NCBI GenBank assembly: GCA_043228905.1
Contig: JBHGNT010000002.1
Location: 8,556,001-8,620,000, forward strand
Reading direction: 5' to 3'
DNA: 64,000 nucleotides
From: Azolla caroliniana
Taxonomy: Eukaryota; Plantae; Polypodiophyta
A model generated the notes under the pieces. That model was not told the DNA's origin and did no database searches. It worked only from the letters and a program-made list of their open reading frames with translations. Both the position numbers and the translations under genes were made by a program. Below, in pieces: positions 13,916-26,070 of this stretch (the first letter of the stretch is position 1; each line of letters starts with the position of its first letter).

Positions 13916-16900
13916 ATGGCTTCATCATTCGGCTCGTCAGAGATGAGTCTAAGGAAGTTCGACGGATCAAACTTCAACTTCTGGAAGGAGCAGATGCAAG
14001 ACTATTTAATAGTCAAGGGGCAAATTGACCCCATTGAGAATGAATACCCTCCAGAAGGATGCAAGTCGCTTGAATGGGGAAAGTTCGACAAAATCATCTG
14101 AGCCACCATTCGGATGCACCTATCGGAGTCTGTGTACTTCACGGTGCAATTGTGTTCGACTGCCTTCCAACTATGGAAGACACTTTCGAACACTTACGAA
14201 AAGAAGGTCGCCGCCACCAATATATACCTGATTTGGCACCTTTATAACCTTCGGATGAAAGAGTCTGACTCGGTCTAGGCGCACCTGAACGAGTACGAAA
14301 GCTTAAGCTCCCAAATTTCGGCCCAGGGGACAATTATCAAGGATGAACTAAAAGCAATGTTGCTCATGAGTAGTCTCCCTCCCTCGTGGGAAACTTTCGT
14401 TACAACCGTGTGCAATGCGTCGACAACAGCCGTTAAGTACTCCTTAGTCACGAGTGTAATTCTGACTGAAGCAGCTCGGAGAAAATCTTTTTTTTACGAA
14501 TCAGCCAACAACGCTTACGTAGTACAAGGTTCGACTGATCGATCGAACAGCCGTGGAAGAAGTTCTTCACGGCATCCGAACAATCAGCGAAGTCAGAGCA
14601 AATCTCGGGATAATCGAGTCTGCAACTACTCCAAGAAACCCAGACACATCAAAGCCGATTGTCGTGCATTCAAGGCCAAAAACGATAAGGCTCAGCGAGC
14701 CGAGCAGAAGAGTGACCGACACGAGGAGATCAACTACATCGGCTCTTCGGCTGAATTATTAACAAACGACCTGAATATACTATCAATTGAGAACTCAGTC
14801 GAATCAGAAGTTCTGCTTATGACTGAAGAATCGAACATGTGGCTTTTGGATTCGGGTGCGTCCTTTCATGTGACTCCTCATCGATCCCAATTTTGGCAAT
14901 ACACGGCCCGACATTCCGACTCAGTTTGAGTAGGAAATTCCCAACATTGCGACATAATTGGAATCGGCCCAGTAGAGCTCAACCTTGCGGGTGGCTCTAC
15001 ATTAGTACTACGCAATGTCCGACAGGTACCTGAGCTCTCAAGACCACTAATCTCAATCGGACAATTGGATGAAGACGGCATCCGTGTTGGCTTCTCATTA
15101 GGAGGGTGGACACTCCACAGAGGGAACCTCCTGCTTGCTCGAGGACCAAAGATACACTCATTGTATCCTTTGCACGTCACACTCACAGAGGGTGACCTGT
15201 TTTGGCTGACATTCTTGTGTCATCACTCTGGCACGGACGATTCAGACACCTCAACAAGGCCGGCATCAGGCACTTATCTAGAGCTGGATACATCCCCAAA
15301 CTCTCCTTCTCAGATCATCAGTTTTGTGAGCATTGCCAATACAGCAAGCAGATAGCCGTAACACACCCTTCATCTGCCCTGAGAGAATCGAGTTCGCTTG
15401 ATTTGGTCCACTCAGACGTATGTGGTCCTATACCACATCAATCTCTCGGCGCCACTCTGTATTTCTTCAACTTCATTGATGATTCGACTCGGAAGGTGTG
15501 GGCTTATCCAATCAAAACCAAAGATCGTGTTTTCTCAATCTTTTCCGATTGGCTCGTCATGGTTGAGAATCCAGCTGGCCAAAAACTGAAAAGCTTTCGG
15601 TATGATAACGGGGGAGAGATCAAATAAGAGGAATTCGTCAAATTTTGCCGACAATGCGGAATACGATGTGAATTTACAGCACCTCATAGTCCGGAGCAGA
15701 ATGGAATTGCAGAGCGAATGAATCGGAAAATTCAAGAACAGATAGTTTCCATGCTCCAACACTCTGAACTGTTGGATGGCTTCTAGGCAGAGGCCCTACT
15801 ACAACAGTACACATAATCAACATGACACTGAGTAGGCCTCTAGGACTTCGGATACATCAGGAATTATGGACCGGCAATAAGCCAAATTACGATGAGCTAA
15901 GGATTTTCGGATGTGAGGCGTATGCCCTCGTCCCGAAAGATGATCGCCGCAAACTTGCACCACGGTCCAGGAAATGTATTTTCCTCGGTTATGGAGCAAA
16001 TGGCGAAATGGGATACCGACTCTGGGACCCCGAACGCAGAAAGATCGTCCGAAGTTCGAACGTCGTGTTCAATGAGTTGGCCATGCATCAATCGGTCGAA
16101 AAACCAATCGAAGTCCGAAGGGTCATTTTTTCCAATATGCCAACCCTTCACGAAGGCCCAATGCATGCCCCACGGTTACCTTCACGAGTAGCTGAACCTT
16201 CTAACACCGACTCGGAGAATTTCAACTCGGCACAACCAAACGATTTTGCTTTGGATCATCCGACCACGACACCGGATGCAACTAGTCCAGTCATACCTCG
16301 AAGATCTAAGAGATTGTCTCAACCCCCAGAGAGATACTCTCTTGGCATCTTCTTTAGGGACGTCAAAGAATTGACGTCATACGAAGAAGCATCAACGTCA
16401 GACGATTCAGCCACTTAGCATCTGGTAATGGAGTTCGAAATGAACTCCATTCATGCCAACAAGACTTGGGACCTGGTCGAATTACTGAAAAATCAACGTG
16501 CTCTTCTGTGCAAGTGGGTCTATCGAATTAAGGAGACGTCCGATTCGGCCAACCCAAAATTCAAAGCTAGATTAGTAGCAACGGGTTTTCGACACGAACA
16601 CGGTGTCGATTTTGACGAAACCTTTTCGCCCGTGGTGAAGATGACAACCCTTCAATTCATGCTCGGCGTAGTGGCAACCAAAAATTTGGAGCTGATTCAG
16701 CTAGATGTTAAAATGGCTTTCCTCCATGCTGATCTTGAGGAGAAAATTTATATGGAGCAGCAACTGCGTTTGAAGTTTGCCATGATGGATCTTAGTCCGG
16801 CACGACACATTCTTGGTATGAAAATTAGTCCGAATCAAAATTGAAGACAACTATTTCAGTCTCAATCCGACTACATCAGTCGTGTCCTAGAACGCTTCAA

Positions 16901-17681
16901 CATGCAATCGGCGAAATCTGCCTCAACCCCGCTCCCTATTAGTACTCAGTTATCTCAGCGTGACTGTCCGACATCCAGTTTGGAGGGGGAAACTATGAGA
17001 TCGGTATCGTATGCACCGGCAGTCGGCTCTCTGATGTACACGATGGTCGCGACACGGCCTTACATCGTTCATGCCGTCGGAGTTGTCAGCAAATTTATGC
17101 ACAATCCTGGTCGATTGCATTAGAACTAAGTCAAGCATGTGTTCAGATATCTAGTGGGCACAAAAGACCTTAGTATTCTATTCGGCCCGAACGACATCTC
17201 GGGCGTAGTCGGATACACTGACTTAGACTTTGCAAGTTGCATAGACAACCGCAAATTGACAACCGAATATTGTTTTAAACTCGGCAATGGAGCGATCTCA
17301 TGGAAATCAAAACTTCAGGAGTGCACCTCCACATCAACAACCGAGGCCGAATATGTAACCACGTCTGATGCGGCAAAAGAGGCCTAATGGCTCGATCAGC
17401 TGGCCTGCACATTTCAACAAGTCGAAATCGGCTCGGCTCCAATTGTTTACAGTGACAGTCAAGGTGTTGTTGCTCTGTCGAAAAATTTGGTTCATCACAA
17501 CGCCTCCAAGCATATCGACGTTCGATATCATTTCATTCGGGATTGCGTCATTACAGGGAAAATCGGTCTAGAGAAACTATCAACAATAGATAATGTCGCG
17601 GATGCATTAACCAATCTTTCAGAGGACCGATTCCGATCCCTTAGGCAACACATGGGCATAATGAAGAATCAGTTCGATTAA
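13916..17681 (+). pseudogene. Copia B gag-pol polyprotein (gag, PR, INT, RT with internal deletion, RNase H), disrupted
   Basis: KFDGSNFNFWK; WLLDSGASFH; LDLVHSDVCGP and FIDDSTR; CKWVYRIK..KARLVA and QLDVKMAFLH; SWKSKLQ..STTEAEY and KHIDVRYHFIRD. Many stops and frameshifts; the YVDD region is missing. Confidence 0.92.
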
Positions 17682-19164
17682 ATCGGACACCAGACTTCAA
17701 CTGTTCGAAACTTTTTATCAATATGTATTATATACTCATTTCGAGTACAGATTTCGAATGTATACGCCCATTACAGGGGAGTGTTGAATATGGGTATCTA
17801 ATGGACGTATTCACACTGTCTTCTTTTTTTAGCACACTAGACTTAGTCTATTTATGTAAATAGTGAGAAGGGTAGTTGCCCTAAGTTAGTCAGTATATAA
17901 ACTGACTTTGTAACCTAGTTATGGGTTGGTTGCTCATTTTGTAAAAGTTGTAATAAACTTCATTGACATTGTGCCTATCTATCTCCGACTCTCTCTCTTA
18001 CATACTAGTTATTTTATTTTCTGTCTTTGCTGCCATCAAAGCTATGATCTTGCATCCATTTATGATCTTATCCTAGAAGAGTGTTGATCTTGTTCCGCAT
18101 TAGAAGACGGTATTCCCAACACCAACATGGGAGCAAGTAGCAAGTTGAGTGTTGTACTGCTTGGCGTCATTTGTTCGTGGCCACATGCTTGGCTACATCC
18201 AAGAAGCCAAGACGCCCAAAGAAGCTTGGCAAAATCTTAAGAAGATTTTCGTGGCCGTCAAGAGTTGAACAATGTCCAACAAAAGGACATGTCGATCACA
18301 AGCTATACCTTGAAGATCAAGGAGCTATGTGATTCACTCGGCTCAATCAATGTGAACGTTGATGATGATAAAATAGTGCAAATATACCTCGGCGGCCTTG
18401 CACCACGATTCGGCACCATGCAAACTGTAGTCCTAGCAAGGGAGAATCCTCCTTTCTTCTTTGACCTTCAATCAATGTTGTTGGTCGAAGAAAACCACAT
18501 CCAAACAAGAAGCACCACCTCGGAAGGACACATGCTCTATTCGCACTTAGATGGTGGTACGATTGCTCAAGAAGAGGTCGATTCGGTCAAGGGCGTAGTG
18601 GACGAGGTCTATCCCATGAAAGTAACTCCCACTTTCGCAAGACAGTGGAAACCCCCAAGGAACTTTCAGAAGAAGGGAGAGCTTCTATGCTGAACCGAGC
18701 TGACAAAACAACCCCATCGAATGCTGATATTGTGGCAAAATTGGCCACCATGGGCAGGAGTGCTGAAAGAAGAAAAGTGAGTCAGCTTCCACAAGCTGGA
18801 AACTTACCAACTATGCCACCAACTTTGACTATGACGACTATGGTGGAATGTTCGTGATGAGAATAGAGAAAATTCTATGTCGGCCTCCAGTTCGACCAAC
18901 ACTTCCAATACAAAAGATGTATGGTGCTTCGATTCTGGTGCCTCAAACCACATGACATCTCATCAAGAATGGTTTCGAGACATGCAAACGTCAAATTGAC
19001 CCGATTATGTGGAGATTGGGGACACCACTACTCGTCTGATATGGCATGTCGACAATGTCCCATTCGGGAAAGAAGGTAATCAGACATATATAAAAAATGT
19101 CTTACATGTTCCAACCATAACAAAGAATTTGGTCTTAGTTGGTCAAATCATGGAGGAAGACAAG

Positions 19165-19614
19165 TGTTACCCGTAGGAGTTGTACGGGGCGGTATAAGGG
19201 CAAAACATGTTATAGGGGTTGTTTTGTTTGTGTAATGTAGGAGAGTGTGAATGAGGATAACTATTTGTGTAAACACATGCACAATTATGTGCATGTGACA
19301 AGCATGTAATGGTCTTCTTTTTGTAACGGTCATATTATTAGCCGTTACATTATGTACTATATAAATCCCTCATGGGGTATGTAATGAGATATAGTTTTTC
19401 CCCCTCTCATTTGGTGTCATTTCCTATTTGTCTTTCTCTCTTGCTCTCTCTCTAACTTAACCCCCTTGGGAGGGGGGTGAAGCCATTCTAGGTTTCACCC
19501 CCCACCCATCAACACTTTTGGCATGCCTGAACGGCCAACCTCCCTTGAGAGGAAGTCTATCCTCACTTTCCCTCTCCGTCACTAATCCCTCACTCTCCCT
19601 CTTTGCGTCTCTAT

Positions 19615-19663
<49 letters not shown>

Positions 19664-20185
19664 CTACCTCTGCAAGATACTCTCTCCTCTCTTCTTCGCT
19701 GCCATGGTGTGATCTAGAAGAAGAAGAAGAAGAAGAATTGTTAATATACACCATTGTTGCTTATGGCCTAATCCTACTCCTATTCTTCCTTTTGTTTTCT
19801 GCCCCCTATCTATCATATGCCACAACAGACATTAGCAGTAGCACCTGCTCTTAATGATGCATGGAAACATGGCGGAATGAAGCATTATATGGTGATGAAG
19901 TTGAGGAGCGTAATGCAAAAACTTATCAACATCTGTATGATGATGAAGAGGAGAAGCGATATCATGCTCCTGCAAGGCACCATGATGATGATGGTACAAG
20001 AAGCCATGGTAGACGGCATCATTAGTCTAAGCATAATTTTGTGCTAGATATTGATGAGAGATCGTCTTCCATCCACAAGGTCGTCTTCAACACTGAGGCC
20101 ATAGAAATGAAGTTCCTTTTGCCAAGAAGAAAATGATGATGATGACATGGAGGCTTCAGAGTTGAATGGAAGCAGATTCAGACAA
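19165..20185 (+). mobile_element. Truncated gypsy-type insertion: LTR 19165-19514, PBS-like 19519-19530, and a leader with (TG)n and (GAA)n
   Basis: TGTTAC...TCAACA ends with a TATA box (CTATATAAAT), followed by TGGCATGCCTG. It interrupts copia A, which resumes near 20190. The right boundary is approximate; no second LTR or TSD was found. Confidence 0.65.
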
Positions 20186-21984
20186 AGATAGCAAAGAATT
20201 GTTTCAACCACAGAGGTTGCTTCATTGAAATGGAGGGCTGACTCATTTCTAGAGGTAATAGAGAAGGCTGAATGTTCATCCTTGATTCGAACGAGCTGAA
20301 ATCGGCTATGTTTGCGAAGGGCCACAAGGCCGACTAAGATATTGAGCTGGTGAAATCGGCTATGTTTGTGAAGGGCCACAAAGCCGACTCGGATATTGAG
20401 TTGTGGCACAAGAGAATCATCCACATCAATCTCCAAAAGCTCAAAAGATTGTAGTCGAAAGGAGTTGTTATCGAACTCTCGACCTTCAGAGAGAAGGCGA
20501 TTGAAGGAGTATGTGAAGTGTGCCAATTCGGCAAACAACATTGGCATCCATTTCTAAAAGAGAGAAACATGAGAAAAGGCCTCCTAGATGTAATCCATTC
20601 AGTTGTTTGAGGATCGGCACAAACAACAACATTTAGTGGATGTTGATACCACGTCACTTTCGTCGACGACTACTCCAAGCACACTTGGATCTATCAAATG
20701 CACTAGAAGAACGAAATGTTCTCACACTTCCAAAAATTCAAAACCGGAATCAAAAAAGAAAAAGACCGACATATTCGATGCCTTTGGTCAGACGGGGGAA
20801 AAGAGTAATTCTTTGACCTATTCACAACATATCTCTGACAAGAAGGAATTCGACGAGAATTCACGCGCCGACACACACCGCAACAAAACGGAGTAACCAA
20901 AAGGTAGAATCGGCACATACTTTAGGTTGCAATGGCCATGCTAAACGAAAAGCATATGCCAAAGTCATATTAGGCCGAAGTGGCATGCACAACCATTTAC
21001 CTGATGAACCAATGCACAACATCTAGCATACATGAAGTCACCCCACATGAAAAGTACTATGGAAGAAAGCCGAACCTATCTCATTTAAAGATATTCGACA
21101 CCATTGCGTTCGTGCACATTCCCAATGAGAAAAGGCAAAAGCTCAATCTGAAATTGGAGAAGTTCATTCTCGTGGGATACTCACTTGAGCAAAAGAGGTG
21201 CAAGTGCTTTAACCCCACTACCCGAAAGGTTCGTATGAGTCAGGACGTCGTATTTGATGAATCCGAATCTTGGTACATACTTGACTCAGCTCCAACTAAA
21301 CCAATTGAGGAAGAGATGGAAATCAACTCAAAGGAAGACAATCGGCTAAGGCCTATACTAGTGGAGAGTCCTATCTCAACCATGTTGAATGGACCACAAG
21401 AGCCTTCGAGCAACCAAAGCACATCTCAAACAAGTGTTGCATCAAACAAAGGAAAAGGTAAAATTCTTGAATACGATGTCAACTACTTAGATGGAAGTGA
21501 TTCGGATGTGGTGGCTCACTCACTCAACAGTGAGTTTGATGAGTTTGGTGTGCCCATTATGCAAACACCTAGAGTAAAGAAAGTGCTCACAACAAACGAA
21601 AAACTCTGATGCTCAACTAGAGCTAAGAACCCCGTCAACCGGTTCGGCTACAATGATTACATGACATGTTGAGAGACAAGCTCAACATGGGCTGGATTGG
21701 CTGAAAAAGCTGAGAGTCGAATCATACATGGGCTGCTTGGCTAGGCCCGAATTGGCTGAATAAGATATGAGCCAAATCGGCTAGTCGAGTCGGATGGATT
21801 TTGTAAATAGGCCTATTATAGGCTAAACAATGTCAGGCTCATTCATGAGCATTAAAGTACTGATAGTACTTGTGTTAGCCCACTCATCAGGGCTTGTATA
21901 AAAAGTGCTTTGTGAGCACATTGCACAAAAACACTAAGTATTGAGTTTTTCTATAATAGAAATATTGTGTCTGCTCACTCAGTC

Positions 21985-22279
21985 CTCCTTTCTTTTTTGG
22001 TAAAAGCACACAATTATATTAATTGTATGTAAAATCCACTTAGTTACAACACTTCTTAGTCTCCTCTACCTATCATATGCCTATGAAGGGAGAGGGACGT
22101 TGTGTAATGCCATTAAAAAAACTGAATATGCATTTGAGCAAATGATTCCCACATGCTCTAACATCCAAAAATTCCACATGAGAATACCTTTCAACTTCTT
22201 TATATAGGCTTTCACCTCATGCCTATTATCAAACATGAAAGCCACTATGCAAGGATGACACGCACATATCGAGAAATGT
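21985..22279 (-). mobile_element. TSD-flanked retroposed chimera: truncated LINE 3' end (minus strand) joined to a U6 snRNA fragment (plus strand)
   Basis: 11-bp direct repeat CTCACTCAGTC at 21974-21984 and 22280-22290; T-rich left end (A-rich tail on the minus strand); minus-strand peptide KKLKGILMWNFW resembles a LINE ORF2 C-terminus. Confidence 0.7.
22241..22278 (+). pseudogene. U6: U6 snRNA 3' fragment (38 nt)
   Basis: GCCACTATGCAAGGATGACACGCACATATCGAGAAATG matches recalled plant U6 GCCCCTGCGCAAGGATGACACGCA(C/T)AAATCGAGAAATG at about 34/38 positions. Confidence 0.88.
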
Positions 22280-23490
22280 CTCACTCAGTCTCTCTCTCTC
22301 TCTCTCTCCCCTACTATTTGTTTACGTAATTGTCAGTTTTCTGTTGTCCAGCCAAGCCAGTTGTGTTCGCACATAACTCTTCCGTACGTATCCTTTCTCA
22401 TGGTATCAGACCACGAGGGTTAAAAGAATCCTCTACGGTCAACACGTGAACAAGCACAGAGATAAGCTTTCGCCTTCCGGAGAAGAAAAGACAGGAACAT
22501 GGATAGAGGCATGGGAAGCTCACTTCCAACAAGAAAGCTTGATAGGAGCAAATACGCATCTTGGTCATACAAGATGCACCATTACTTGCTTGGGCATGGG
22601 TACTAGAGTTATGTCGAAGGAGCTAATGGTGTAGCACCAGAGTCGACACACAGAGATTTCCCAGCTTGGGAACAGGCGGCAAGTAGAGTTCTGTATTGCT
22701 TCGCATCTGGTGTGAGCGATCAACTTTTGAGCTATATCCGGGATGCCAAGACGCCATTTAAAGATGTGTGGGCGAACCTAAAACAGATTTTCGCTGCCTA
22801 GCACAACGGCCAAGAAGCTGCGGCTTAGGCAGGAGCTCAACAATGTTCGATAGAAAGACCTATCTGTGGCTGATTACATTTCCTGGATCAAGGAGATCTA
22901 CGACTCCCTCGCCTCCATCAATGTGACCGTCAAGAAGGACGAAATGGTGTCGATTTGCCTCAGAGGGTTGGCATCTAGGTTCAGATCATTTTGAATGGCG
23001 GTCTGCACAAGAGAGAATATGTCATTGTTCTTCGAGCTACAATCAATGTTGCTTGTTGAAGAAAACCATGTGGGTGCGTCGATGAGCATGAACGCTGACA
23101 ACAAGATGTTGTACGGGGAGGCGAATAGGCTCCGTGGTCATGATGGACGAGGCAAGTCAACATGCAATGGAGGAGGCCGACAAGAGCAGAACTAGAGGCA
23201 TAGTGGAAATGCCGACAACAATTTTGGACCCTCCACAAGCAGGGGGAGTTAAGCTAGCACCGAAAGCCAGCAAGGCAAGGCCACGATGGACTGTAGGTAT
23301 TGTGGCCAGAAGGGCCACAAAGAGAGTGAGTGTTGGAAGAAGTGTGCCGATTCGGATAGATAGGCATCAAAGATCGCACTACGCCAAAGGCTCAAGATGA
23401 GCCGGAACAAACCTAGCCTTCATGATGAAGCACAAAGCCAACTCGATGGCAGAGAGCACCTCGAAATTGAAGGAGGTGTGGTATGTGGAT

Positions 23491-23904
23491 TGTTTAGAAT
23501 TAGGTCCCTCCGGATGGACCGAATTCAAGATAAGTGTCACAAATGTAAATAGGTTTGGAGTCAAGCCTATTTAGGCCAGTTATGTACATAGCCCAAAAGC
23601 TATCTAAGTATAAAGATAACTAGGGCAAACTTTATGAGTCAGAGAGTTAGTCGTTTTGTAGTAAGTTGTCTATGTAATTGAGTACAATGCGTGCAAGGTT
23701 GGCGCCTCCATAGTAAGAACAAACAAAGCGTGTGAGAGTGAGAAAGACACTAAGAGTGCCTCTATTGTAACCACCAATCGGCGAACTGTACGAACTCAGG
23801 TCAATGCATGTGTGTGTTCGTAACGTTGTATATCTCTCTTATAGTGATTTGCTTGATGTCTGTGGGCACCCATGGTTTTTTACCCTAGTTGGGGTTTTCC
23901 ACGA
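23491..23904 (+). mobile_element. LTR of another family inserted in copia C and truncated by copia D
   Basis: Starts with TGTT at the break in the C protease motif and contains CCATGGTTTTTTACCC..GGGGTTTTCCACG just before the next LTR. Confidence 0.7.
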
Positions 23905-26070
23905 TGTTGAGAGACAACCTCAACATTGGGTACATAGACTGGGTGCGTAAAACCGTACGCAAAATATGGCCATAACGGTATATAAACTGAGAGGTCATTA
24001 TAATGTTATTCCACGCAAGGAATAATTTTGGGGGTAAGTGTAGGATGCTCATTTATGAGTGGTCAGGTACTGTAAGTACTTGTGTTAGCCCGATAGTCAG
24101 GGCTTGTATAAAAGGTGCTCACTGAGCACCAAGTATGTACAGAGAACATACAGAGAATTATTTTTGAATATAGTTAGGTTTTCTGCTCTCTCCTTCTCTC
24201 TCTATCTCTCCCTCTCCTTCTCTGTGATTTCTGTGTTTTATCGACAGATAAGCTTGCCATAAAGACAGAGTTAAGTTATTGTTTTCGGAAAGGATAAGAC
24301 AGCAATATGGACAGAGGAATGGGAAGCTCGCTACAGACTGAGAAGCTCAACAGGAGCAACTACACATCTTGGTCGTACAAGATGCACTAGTATCTGCTTG
24401 GTCATGGTTACTGGAGTTATGTTGATGGAGCTAATAATGCAACACCCAAATCAACACACAAAGATTTTCGGCTTGGGAACAAGCAGCAAGCAGAGTTCTT
24501 TACTGCTTCGCGTCCTGTGTGAGCAACCAACTCTTGAGCTACATTCAGGATGCTAAGACACCAAAGGACGCGTGGGCGAATCTCAAGAGTACTTTCGCTG
24601 CTAGCACAACGGCCAGCAAGCTGCAGCTCATGCAGGAGCTTAGCAATGTCCGATAGAAAGATTTGTCTATCGCCGATTACATGGCCCGAATCAAGGAGAT
24701 CTGCGACTCTCTCGCCTCCGTCAACGTGAACGTCGAGGAGGAAAAAATGGTGCAGGTTTGACTTGGTGGGTTAGCATCAAAGTTCGGAGCATTCCAGACG
24801 ATGGTCTGCATAAGGGAGATTATGCCTTTGTTCTTTGAGCTTCAATCGATGTTGCTCGTGGAGGAAAATCACGCGGTGCGTAAACGAGTATGCACGCCAA
24901 TGGAAGGATACTATATACGGAGGAAGATAGCCCCGTAGTCGTGGCGGACAAGGCAGATCGACGTGCAATGGAGGCGGCCGGAAAGAGCAGAACGAGCGGC
25001 ATAATCGAAATGCCGGAAGCAATTCCAAACCCTCCGAAAGTAGGGGAAGTCACAACATCGTCGGAAGCCGGCAAGAGAAGGTCGTGACGGAATGCTGGTA
25101 TTATGGCAAGAAAGGCCACAAGGAGAGCGAGTGCTGGAAGAAGAGAGCCGATTTGGACAAAGCCGGATCGAGCGGAAGAGACACAGGAAGGTGTCAGAAA
25201 TCGCACTACACCAAGGGCTCCGAACGAGCCAGAAATGGATCGGGCCCAACCTTTGTAATGAAGCACAAGGCCAATTCAATGGCCGTGAACACCTCGAAAT
25301 CGAGCGAGGTGTGGTATGTTGATTCCGGAGCATCAAATCATATGACGAGTCGCGAGGAATTGTTCTCGTACTTGGAGAAACCGGAAAAGCAAGGAGTGGT
25401 TGAAATGGGAGACGACACTCTGTGTACCATCGAACATGTCGGTGAAGTTCCCCTTAGCCACGTTGGGTAGAAAGGGAAACTCATGAATGTATTGCACGTC
25501 CCGACAATAACCAAGAACGTGGTGTCGATCGGTCATATCGTTGACCAGGGGATGCAAGTTCGATTCACGCACCTCGGGTTCTACATCGAAGAGGAAGGCC
25601 AAGTTATCGCACAAGGGCGTCGTGAAGGGAGGATGCTCATCCTCGAGACCAATCAAGCCGGAATTGCATTGTTCGCGAAAGGACGGAAGGTCGAATCGGA
25701 TATCCACCTATGGCACAAGCAATTCAGCCACATTAACTTCCCACTGCTTTGTGAAATGCAAACGAAGAACATTGTTTTCGGTTTGCCGAAATTTTGGGGC
25801 CGTAATGGGCAAGTCTACGACGCTTGCCAACTCGGGAAGCAGCACTGACTTCCATTCCCCAATGAGTGTAATCGTAGTCGAAATCCGCTGGATTTGATCC
25901 ATTCAGATGTATGGGGACCGGCACAGAACGTGAGCTTCGGTGGTAGTCGTTACTTTGTAACCTTCATCGATGACTTCACTTGACATACTTGGGCATGTAC
26001 GATCGTGAAGAAGAGCGAAGTTTTCGTATGTTTCCTGAAGATAAAGAACCTTGCAGAAAGGGAAACATAT
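23905..26070 (+). mobile_element. Ty1/copia element D (same family as C): LTR with PBS deleted, then gag, PR and the integrase N-terminal half
   Basis: LTR start TGTTGAGAGACAACCTCAAC is homologous to C; CWYYGKKGHKESEC, WYVDSGASNHM, LIHSDVWGP and FIDDF motifs. Confidence 0.88.

Larger units (their letters stand above)
12234..18121 (+). mobile_element. Complete Ty1/copia element B (Tnt1/Tork-like gag) nested in element A
   Basis: 5' LTR 12234-13324 (contains an insertion), PBS TGGTATCAGAGC 13327-13338, PPT ACAGGGGAG before the 3' LTR 17782-18121, TG..CA ends, 5-bp TSD CCAAC at 12229-12233 and 18122-18126. Confidence 0.95.
11603..21666 (+). mobile_element. Ty1/copia element A (outer, decayed): 5' LTR 11603-11960, PBS 11961-11972, gag-PR-integrase interrupted by nested insertions; RT and 3' LTR not seen
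   Basis: LTR TGTTGAGAATC...TTTACA, decayed tRNA-iMet PBS TAGTATCAGAG, gag from ~12068 resuming at 18127, protease DSGASNHM near 18930, integrase ~20500-21260. Same family as the element at 53964. Confidence 0.88.
21667..23490 (+). mobile_element. Ty1/copia element C: 5' LTR 21667-22400, PBS 22401-22410, decayed gag
   Basis: TGTTGAGAGAC...TTCTCA, then TGGTATCAGA; gag MGSSLP.. from 22511 up to the protease WYVD, where another LTR interrupts it. Confidence 0.88.

Noticed and set aside
20294-20402. ~53-bp tandem duplication in copia A
   Set aside because: A local duplication in a dead element with no sign of function.
22241-22278. Functional U6 snRNA gene
   Set aside because: Only 38 nt; lacks the 5' half, the ACAGAGA box, promoter elements and a terminator.
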